Shown: positions 51,851-62,474 of the stretch, one piece after another
Layout: every line of letters begins with the position of its first letter
How positions within the stretch are numbered: the first letter of the stretch is position 1
NCBI GenBank assembly: GCA_002245135.1
Contig: NGBS01000903.1
Coordinates: forward strand, 1-62,474
Length of the DNA stretch: 62,474 nt
Direction of reading: 5' to 3'
From: Proteromonas lacertae
Lineage: Eukaryota
Position numbers and translations under genes: made by a program
The notes under the pieces: generated by a model
The model's input: only the letters and a program-made list of their open reading frames with translations
Databases searched by the model: none
What the model was told of the DNA's origin: nothing

Positions 51851-54800
51851 ATGAAATTCTTAATAATTCTTTTTATAGTGATAATAAATAGTTCTTGTGC
51901 TATTAACGTAGGATATATTGTTCCAGCAGAAGAAGCTTTTAATGTAAAGGATGCTTTAGATGAATATAGTGATTCTATTAATTCACAATTGGAAGGCGAT
52001 GCTAAATTTGTCATTCAAAGCATTTCTTCGTATGATGGTACGGTAGAGAAGTTAAGTAGATGCATTCAGCACATTTTTGAACAACCATGTACAGATAATT
52101 ATATCGTTTTGTGATAAAACAATATATGAGTTTAATTTTACAAATAAATATGAAGATTTAGTTGTGTGGTGTATTAATCCTGTAGCTCCTCGAATATGCA
52201 AAAGAAACTTGATCGCTGGTGATTTAATAGACTATTCATTGGAGATGAGTATATTATATATTTTCATATATACTTTAGTAATATCACTAATTGTTTATCA
52301 GTTCTATCCGAATTTCGTGTATATTGGTGGAAATGACAATACAATAAATGAAGTTATCAGTGAGCAGATGATTCTGTTAAGTCAATCAGTAGGTATGACC
52401 TTAATAGCAAATTTAGACCATGATGTGAAGAAAGAAGATATAAAAAAAGCATTAGAGTTATGTCTGACTTACCAATACAAAGATGGATGTACAATTGTTA
52501 CTAATGCTAATGCAGTAGATGTATATGAAGAAATACTAAGCGTTATTCGAGATGCTGTTGCAGATCCAACTAAAAAGATTCAATTAGGTTTATTTAGTTC
52601 AGGAATGAATTATAAAATTATGGACCAGATATCTACACAGAATAAACCATTTTTGAACATGGCTGGACAAATTAACTCATTCTCAGACTTACCTGTTACT
52701 GGTAATGATATTTCTGCTTATAATGCTCTTAATACAAACCATTACTATCCAGATCTAGAAGCACAAATGTATATTTTCAAATATCTTATGTATTTACCTA
52801 TAGAATTGGTATAATCAACATATTAAAATTAGCATATGAAAGAGTACCATCTCAAGATGCATTTATACTACTTAGTGCTATATATAACACACCAGTTGAT
52901 TATGTAGGTGGTAAAATAATGTTGAGAGAGAATCACTACACTACATCTAATAATTACATAGTTACATTAGGTGCTAATGGTAGACACAGTATATTGAATG
53001 CAGTTGTCGATTTAGACACATTAAATGATCCTCTCAGTGTGTGTGGTAAAGTAAAAGTAGAAGAATGTAACTTCGTATATAATATAGAAAATGGTATAAT
53101 ATCTAAAGAAATTGTGACAATTTTATTCATTCATGAATTGTCTCCTTCAACTATATTTTTTGATAGAACTGTAAGAATTTCAACATTAGAAACTATTAGA
53201 GACATTAATAGTAATGGTGGTTTATTAGATAAGACAATTACTCCATTATATATATCAATTAGTCAGTATGATGATATGAAAATATTTTTAAATGATGTGA
53301 ATAAGATTATAATTGAAAATAATATTTCAGCTGTGTTTTTCTCAGGAAATGTAACTATTCGAGATTCAATTATACAGTCTACTAAACCTACAAATGTAGA
53401 ATTATTCTATTTAGATTATACTGAAGGTAATATATGTGAACCAAATGTCATATTTACAGGAATATGTGGAACAAACATAATATATGAAACTGTTCGTTTT
53501 ATCGTAGAGAATTATATAGATAATATAACAATAATTGGTTCAACCACTTCCAGAGGAAGATCATTAGTAGAATTATTGAAATCTCAATTAGCTGTATTTG
53601 GTAAAACATATGGAGTATCTTTATTAATAAAAGACGATAGTGATGATTATTATAAAGAAGCTGAAATCATTGTTGATAGATTAGTTCAGTTGTATGATAT
53701 ATCAAAAGGTGGATTAATTGTCAATGTTGCTGAAGATATTTATAATGAAGCAATCTATACAACTCTATATAAGAACAATATAACTATACAAAATGGTTGG
53801 AAATCTGTGTCATATTCATTAGATGAATTGCAATCATATTATATTAATAAAGTAACTGGTACAAATATGTATGGATATTCATTTGTAGGACATTATTTAG
53901 ATATATTGAAGAATAAAGAAATGGAAAAAATAAAATCATATTTTAAAGATAAATTTGCTGTTGATCTTCCTATTTCCAATAGGTTAGTTATTGCTTATAA
54001 TTCAATTCATTTCTGGATAAAAGCCTGCGAATTGTCTTTATCAACCAATCCTAAGTTATTTCGTTCTCATTTATATCAAACCACATTAAATATAGATAAA
54101 AGTCCTGGTGGTATTTATTCAGTTGAATATACAGGTTATGCAACAATGGTTTTACGAATTGGAAGAGTATAATATTATTAAATATTATAATATATAGTTA
54201 ATATCAAATACAAAGGTTGTTATTATTAAGAATAATACATATGTTCATTCTACAAATATATTTCACAATGAAAGTTATATTTGTACATGGAAAGATAATG
54301 CTGGAACAATAATAAAGAGTACATATTTAGTTGGTGTTATTTATGATATAAAATCATATGAAGGTATTCAGTATTTAGATAATTTACAACTTGTCATTGA
54401 TTTAATCAATTATGATGGTGGAATAAATGGTAGAAATATTGATATATATGTAGATTCTGAGTTTAATGGAAATTACACTGAAACTATTTTGAAACTAGCT
54501 AAGAATCCTTATCTGATAGGTTATATTGGCACTACTAATAAAGAAGAAAGAGATGAAATAAATGATGTATTGGAAATAGTTGATAAATTGTTATTAAGTC
54601 CACATCAAAGTGTTGGTGAAGTTACTTATAAGAACATAATTCAATTGAATTCAATAACCAATCAATTTACTGAATTCCCATTAGTTTCATTTTACCAAAC
54701 ACATAATTGTGTTATTGCATTTTTAACAAATGATTCTATTGGACATTCAATTGGTCATTATATTGTAAATAAAGCAAATCCATTAGGTTTTTATCCAAAT

Positions 54801-57800
54801 GTTACATATGTTGATGAAAAGAGTAATAATATAGATGATGAAATTGAAAGAATAACCAACATATTGAACAGCAATTTAACTAATATTGATACATGTGCTA
54901 TATTTACATATTTACAAAGTGTGACAGGTGTATTTTTAAAGTCAATTGATGGAGAATATGATGTAGATAATTATCCAGTAGTTATGTTAGATTATCCAAA
55001 AACACTTTTAGAAACATATTTTAAATCAAATTCAAGTATAAGTAAATCAATATTGGTTGGAAGATATATCTTATCTATAACATCATTAGATGCTGATACA
55101 AATTTGAATAAGAAAATATTCAATATTATAAAGACTTATAAAGGTAATCCATATGAATTAATGTCAGTAATCACAACTGCTATATATAATGGTGTTCATG
55201 CTGTACAATTAGTGATGAATAGTAATATAAGAACTTCTTCAGATATGAGAAATAGTTTATATAATACTGAAATTGAAACTGGTGTTGGGAATGTTAAATT
55301 ATATAAGAATAATTATGTATCTAATTATATCTATATAATGCGTATAATAAATGAAGAATATAAAGCAAATTATTATGCTTATTCTGTATTACCAATTTAT
55401 CCAGAAGTATGGAATAGTTTTGATCATGGTAATGAATATTATAGAACTGATTTTCTTAATAGTACTGAAATGATATTAGACAATTATATTGGAATTGCAT
55501 TTCTATTGGATATTGAGAATTATCAATCTACTTATGCATTATATAGATATTATTTAGGATTATTGGAAATAACCAAAGAGAATTTAAATGGTTATATTCA
55601 GTTTAAGAGATTAAAAGGTGAAATATACAATTGTCCAAAAAGTTCTGAAGATGCTTCAGGATTATTGATTGAATTGAATAGAAGAGGATTTAGGTTATTA
55701 GTAGGAGGATGTGATATGGAAAGAGAAAATTATTTAGAAGATGCCTTAAGTTTGTTAAATATGATATTATTATATACTGGGTTAAATGAAGGAAATAGAT
55801 GTTCAAAGAATGTAATATATGTAACTGCAAGTCCAAATCAAAGAATTATTCCTCCATTGTTATATTTAATGAATAATATTGATAATGAATTGGCTTTATT
55901 ATATGATGAAAGATTCAAATCTTGTGCTGATTTGTTGCAAAATGTTGCAGAAACATTGGATTATAAAATACAAATATCAAAAATAATTATACAAAAAGAG
56001 ATGAATAGTAGATTGTTAAGGTTTTTAACTACTATAATAAAGAAGTTTCCAGATGGAATTCCAATTGTATTTATTGGTAGACCAGAAATGACTGAAAACT
56101 TTTTATCAACAGTATATACAATTCTAAAAGATGATTATCATGATTCGATGGTAGAAATAACTGAAGTATACCCTATTTATGTTTATGATTTGGAAAAGAC
56201 ATATTTTAGTAATGTAAAGATTGCAGATGGTGTGTTATTTTTCTCACCATTTTTATACAACAGTGATAATCAAAGAAATATTGAGTTTTTTACTAACATC
56301 AAAAATTATACTGGTAATTCATTAAATCCTACATATTATGATGCTATTTATCCAACTGTAATCTCTATTATATCTAATGCGTTGAAAAATACAAAAGATT
56401 TAAACAATATAACTGAAATAAGAAAATCACTTTATGGAATTGAACCACAAACAGATATTGGAGTAGTAAAAATATCTAAAGACAACATTTTGAATCAAGG
56501 AAATTTGTTAGGAAAAGTGAATATTAAAACTGGATTAATTGAAGGAATAAATCAATTGAATTATCTATGGAAAGGCGAACCTTGGAGAAGTGTTTTAAAT
56601 GAAAAACCATATTATATCTGTAATCAAATAGTTGAGCATAATGGAATAGCTATAGGTGATAAAATTGAACCTAATACTGTGAATATAGGTATTATATTTC
56701 CCAGTGATATTGATTATAAAACAAATGGTTTATTATTGGTTAAAACAGTAATATCAATGACTAATTATATCAATGAAAAGATTGAAAAGAATGAAATTCA
56801 TTCAAAATATTATTTAGTTCCATATTATATAACAGTGTCATCAGAGAATACTACAAAATCAGTGGAAATAATAAAGAATTTTACAGAATATTATGAAATT
56901 GATGCTTTATTCGGAGGATGGACAACTGAATTGAGATATGCATTAAATGATTATATTGTTGAGAATAGTAAATTGTTATTTTATTTCTATGATTATGAAG
57001 GAAGAGAATGTTTAAGAAATGTGTTTTATTTTGCTAATCCATTCAGTACCTATTTCACTATAACACCTTGGTTAAAGAATAATTATCCAGGTATTGGTGT
57101 TGTTTTAGTATTTTCAATAACTACAACATCTAAATCAATAGCACAACAGATTGAATCACAATTTAAAGTATATGGTATAAATGTTATTCATAAATATGAA
57201 AGTCCTACTGACAATCATGATTTTAAACCACTTATGGATTTGATAAGAAGATATACAGTTAATGGTGCAATATTTGTATCTTTTTTAGAAGGAAGAAGTT
57301 CTGTTTTGTTAATACAAGCAATGAATGATGAAGGGTTAAAACCACCAGCTTATTTTAGTTTATCAATGAATTTAGATTCTTTATTAATTGATGAAACATT
57401 TGTTGGTCATTATTATACTATTACAGTAGATTCAAATAGATTATCATCAAATGAATATAAGGAATATTCGAATATTCTTAAATCATATTTTTCTTATCAA
57501 ACAAAATATGTTCAAAATATAGCAAGACCAGCTTCATTGATGTCTATATTTTATAATATGTATGTGAAAGGAAATTTCAAATCAAATGCTGAAGTTTTGA
57601 GGCATTTAATGATGAATGAAAAACATGATACACCTGCAGGAATAATTTCATTCTTACCTAATAATCATGTTGAATATTTCATTAGCATAAGAAAAGTGAT
57701 AGAAAGCGAAGATTATGAATATGATGTTTTAGATGTATTTAATTCACTAATAGAATATATACCAAGGTCATATGAATCATTCTTTAGTAATAATCCAATG

Positions 57801-60800
57801 TATTTGTGTGACTTACAAAATACAATGGATGCTGTTGAAATATCAGAGATATTTATTGGTGTAATAGTCAAAGTATCCACTAAAAATGATTGTGATAATT
57901 CTGTTTTAAATGGTGCTATTAGTGCAATAAGAAGTATCAATGATAATGTATTAATAAATGGTTATACATTTGTACCAAAATTAGTAGAATATTCTAATGA
58001 AATTGATGAAATAATTATTGATAAGATTAATGATATATTAGACATGGATAATGTAGTTGGTATTATAGGATGTACAAATATTAAATGTAAAAGTGTAGTA
58101 CAAAAATTAGCAATTGATAAGAAGAAGCCATTTATATATCCCAAACAGAGTTTAGGTCAAGAATGTAATTATTTTACAATATATACAGGTCTAGTTCCTA
58201 ATCAATATATGAGTAGATTATTACAATACATATTATCATTAGATGTTATTCAAAATGTCTATTATGTTGGTAATAATGATAATGATACAATGTTGTTTTT
58301 TGATATATTTGCTGATGCTTCTAGTGGATTATTATTACATCAAAATGACTTATATATAAATGAATCATACAGCTTAAATGTAGATAGAGTTAAATCCAAT
58401 ATATTTTCATATAGGAATAATATAGATGATGGTGGTGTTATTATTGTATATTTATCAATTGTAGAAGCTATTCAATTTATGGAAATATGTAGTGATATTA
58501 AAATAGACAAATCTAAATGGAATATATTTATAATGAATATAGAGATTGAAGAAATTACTAGTAGTGGTGTATCTTCAGAAATATTAAATAATATACATAT
58601 TATTTCTCATTACTTTTCTGATGTAGTTTCTGATGTAAATGAAAAAACAAAAGAAGTAGTATATCATTATACTGCAGTTGAAAATCCATCTGCCTTGTAT
58701 ATTTCTACATATGTTGGTATAATGTTATTGAAAAATGCAATTGTTGGTATATATGAAAATAGTAACGGCAATATATCAAGTATATATAATTGGGATATAC
58801 TAAGGAAGAGTATGTATCATAGAACAGTTGAATTTGGTGCAGGAATAATCACATTAGAACCAAATCATCATGTCAATTTACCTTTTTTCGTAGGGAAATA
58901 TTCATCAACAGAAAAGAGGTTTATTACTGTTTATTCTAAGTTTGATCATTCTGAAGCAGAGGCTTGGAGTTGGTATTTGCAAGAATATACTGGAAAGCAA
59001 TGTAATTATGAAGGTAAAGGTGAAATATATGATGTTAAAACCATAAGAATATTATTAGTTGGAAGTATCACTGGTGGAGATAGTGAAGAAAATAAGGGTA
59101 TTGTTGATGTATATCAATTAGTAATTGATGAAGTTAATGAATTAGGAGGAATCAAGGATTTCATCCTAAAAGGTGATATCTATGATACTCAATCTAATAC
59201 TAATTATTGTAGTAACTATATACTTCAATATAAAGCAAAATATCATCCATATTTAATACTAGTATCTGCTGAAGAAGAATGTATAAAGAAAGTAATAGAG
59301 AGTGAAGATGATACATCCTCGTTTTATTTAGTATTAAATCAAGTAAATATTGGTTATTGTAAATCAAATGTTATATTATCTGGATTTCATCCTACACTTT
59401 ATGAGAATATTTTAGATGTATTAATAAATAGAGAATATAATAATTATCTGTTAATTGGATCTTCCTATTATCATGTTACAGGTTTTGTGACTTTGTATTT
59501 TAAGAAATACGGATATAAATTCTATGAGCCATTAGTGTTTGATACAAATATAACTAAAGAAAACATTACCGAATATCTAAACAAATTCATGTTAACATCA
59601 CCAAGGAATGAAAGTAACATAATCATATTTGTTGGATATAATCCACAATTCGATGTATTGCAAGAAGTATTAACAAAGTTGAATCTATCTGAACCATATA
59701 TGAATGTAATATCATTATATATGTATTATGAGTTAAAGAAAGGCAATATTATTGATTTTGAAGGTGTAACTGGATATAACTATCGATCACAAACTAAAGA
59801 GAATAAATTATTCATTGAAAATATGCAACAACGTTTAGGTTCAAAAGATGAAATAACAGATGCAATAGAAAGAAGTTATTCTGCATTTAGATTAATGGTA
59901 AAAGCTATGAATGAAAGTTCAGAATTAACATATTTATCAATAAAAGAATCAATATTTAAAGTCAAATATAATTCTCCAGAAGGGGAAATATCACTTGCAG
60001 TGAATCAACAAATGAAAAGAAAAATGATCATTTTTAAAGTAGATAAAAATGATGGTAAAGAAATAATTACATTTCAAACTGGAAATTATGTAGAACCAAT
60101 AATATATTACACTATTGATTCAACTTATCCAGTGTGCGATTTTACTGATAAAACGATTGGTGAAAAAGGACTTCCAACTACTTATGCAATCGGATTATTA
60201 TATTCAATGACAGGTGCATGGAAAGGTATTGAAATACAAATATTCCATACGATTCTATTAGGATTATCAGATATAAATGAAAGAAAATATTTTGGTGATA
60301 CATATGTTATATATGAATTATATGATACAAAATCAAGTGTAAAAGGTTATGTTGATGGATTTAATTCATTCAAAGCAAATGGTAATATTTTGTATGTATT
60401 TGGAGGATCAAATCATGAGACATATCAAGCATTACTTCCATTATTCGAAAAGGTTAGAAAAATATTCATTTATACTGGAATTAATTATAATACTGAGTGT
60501 TATGCTCATACATTTTCAGTTTCAAAACATCCATCACAAATAGCTGAAGCTAGTTTACATTATCTAATAGAATCAACTACAAATGTAGTATTATTACATT
60601 CTGAGAAATCTGAATATTCTAAAGTGGTCTATAAATGGATTTATAATAGGTTTACTAATGTATCAATGGGGATTATTGGTAATATAGAGTATAACAACAG
60701 CTAATTATGCAGTTCATTCAATAAATACAGTATTAAGAAATGGTGGGTTATATTTTGAATATATTATCTGATGAAAAAGAGAATTTAAATTTCTTTAATG

Positions 60801-62474
60801 AAATGTGTAAATCAATCTATTACCAAATAAATACAAGGTTATAAGTGTATTAATAGATGAAAATTTAATACATAAAGTTGATAATATGAAATGTATGAAA
60901 GGAAATGTGTTGTTAGATACATATTTTGAGTCATTAGGAAATAAAGCATTGAATAAAATTGGTGTTATTAATTTATCAACTTCATTTAATATTGCATTAC
61001 ATTCCTATTTAGGATCAAATATAAGAATAACAAGTTTACATGAAAGTGCATATTCTGGATTATTAATATGGTCAAATACAATTAGTAAGCTAAGTACAGG
61101 CAGATCAATATGATATTACCAAAATTATTGGTATATTTACCATATCCAATTCAGTTCCATCGGATTCAGTAGATGTTGAAAAGAATAATTTACTTTCTAG
61201 AAGAATGTATGCTGCTACTGTAACTCCAAATAATCAATTATTAATTGAATATGGTCCAAAAGGTGTATTTTATCCTGAATTGTTTAATCAATACACTAAT
61301 ACAACAGGATGGTTTTGTGATGTATCAAGAACTAATCAGGAATATAGTTACTATAGTTATCCACTATATATTGCATTTATACATGAAAAAGATGTAGGTG
61401 TGAAAACTGAAATATATATGTCATTAGTAGAAGATGCAACAATTAGAGATATTAATGATAATGGTGGTGTATTGAATCATAGATTAATTGGTGTTCATTT
61501 CTTCCCTTCTAAACATCTAATATTTGCTAAAGCTCGTGAAATTACTCTCAGTAATCAATATCAAATTATAATTGGTTGTATGACATCTTATTGCAGAGAT
61601 GAAGTTTAGTAGATATGTTAATAGAAATGATAATGATATGTTATTCATTGATACAGGTAGAGATAATGGCAATGCCATGTTATAGAAAGACAGTTATAAC
61701 TGGAACAACAATGGCTCAAAAATTACCTTTATTATTGGATTATTTAAACAATGTTGGTATTCATAATATAATAATTATTGGTTTGAATGATGCTTATTCT
61801 GTTATAGAAGCTAATGAGATTTATAATAAGACAATTGATGCTGGTTATAATATTGAAGGAATATTTTATTGTTCGCCATACAATAAAGAAGAAATAGCAA
61901 AGATTATGTCGAATATTACTGATATTATTAGTAGAATTGGTAGAGTAGGAGTGTTTAATTTATTTGAATCAAATCAGAATCAAGTTTTAAGCGAATATTT
62001 AGTAGCTTTTGGTGCTAGATTTAACGTTTTTAATATGATTTTCTTTAACTTTGAACCATTTGAGTTTACTGATGATATGTTAGTTCAATTAACAGGATCT
62101 TTTGTTGTTTCATCATATTCTACTGTTTTATCTGAAACAACAAGTGATACATTCAGTTATACACTTAGTACAGAATTTACAAAATACAGTCAAATGTCTG
62201 AAAGTATAGAATCAGCTTATGTAGCAATAAAGTTGTGGGAATCTGCATTAGAATATGCTTCAACACAAACAAAAGAAGAAATACCAAGTAGAGCTTATCT
62301 TCGTCTGAGTTATTTTAATGTCAGACTTACAGCACCATCTGGAGCAGTAAATGTCCAACATAACAATCATTTATCTAAAAGTGTAACATTATTTAAAATT
62401 AATAATGATAATCTTGATTTAGTAACACCAAGAAAAGGAGTAAAATATTATCCACCTGATATATTATATGGAGT
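51851..62474 (+). CDS. Giant secreted or surface protein of at least 9 tandem UrtA/AmiC-like type 1 periplasmic-binding domains; 3' end outside window
   Basis: Signal peptide MKFLIILFIVIINSSCA; introns 52249-52278, 52769-52803 and 54167-54197 join the ORFs; frameshift ~52076 and about six between 60690 and 61680. UrtA-like motifs: AIGLLYSMTG, INSNGGLL/INDNGGVL, DALFGGWTTELR, LLFYFYDYEGREC, YTGLVPNQ, ESAYVAIKLWESA, SPEGEI, NNH/PNHH. Confidence 0.9.
51902..62474 (+). repeat. Nine protein-level tandem repeats of about 380-400 aa
   Basis: First beta-strand of each unit at ~51902 (INVGYIV), 53111 (IVTILFIH), 54324 (YLVGVIY), 55485 (YIGIAFL), 56679 (VNIGIIF), 57849 (IFIGVIV), 59043 (IRILLVG), 60183 (YAIGLLY), 61364 (LYIAFIH). 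No obvious nucleotide-level identity between units. Confidence 0.88.

Noticed and set aside
357..61609. Euplotes-style programmed +1 frameshifting at stop codons (e.g. TTT TAA at ~800, ATT TAA at ~23360, GTT TAG at ~61607)
   Set aside because: Several shifts must occur well before any stop (the YVDYNSLYP and PGLAWS motifs need it), some are -1, and they cluster at the window ends; sequencing error is simpler.
5489..62474. Ciliate-type stop codon reassignment
   Set aside because: Conserved genes end at TAA/TAG at the expected places, frames of 4-6 kb have no internal stops, and apparent stops are explained by tiny introns or indels.

Overview
Very AT-rich, gene-dense eukaryotic (protist) DNA read with the standard genetic code. 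Its GT-AG introns are tiny, mostly 26-36 nt; this resembles Blastocystis and its relatives, but the taxon is only an inference. Bases 1 to ~5030 look like one end of an integrated Polinton/Maverick-like element. It holds an intronless protein-primed DNA polymerase B (OTU-like protease, Zn finger, exonuclease with an inserted endonuclease VII-like motif, polymerase motif A), a divergent orphan ORF, and a non-coding block of long hairpins and short direct repeats. The middle (5.5-51.7 kb) holds about 17 host genes: FYVE-FYVE-F-box-ARM protein, LRR protein, a hypothetical protein with a duplicated domain, giant TPR protein, fucosyltransferase-like protein, WDR17, SNAPC3, SRP receptor alpha, PDZ-PA-PA ER protein, ATF6-like bZIP, glycerol kinase, IQQQP-repeat protein, HxxxDG acyltransferase, EF-hand protein, NBAS, PPR protein and 6-phosphogluconolactonase. 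The most striking feature runs from 51851 past the right edge: one signal-peptide gene of more than 3400 codons made of at least nine divergent tandem UrtA/AmiC-type (urea/amide ABC substrate-binding, Venus-flytrap) domains, with cyanobacterial-type signatures and a co-varying cysteine pair. Single-base frameshifts in homopolymers cluster at both window ends and are most likely assembly errors. All family calls come from motif recognition by eye; no searches were run.
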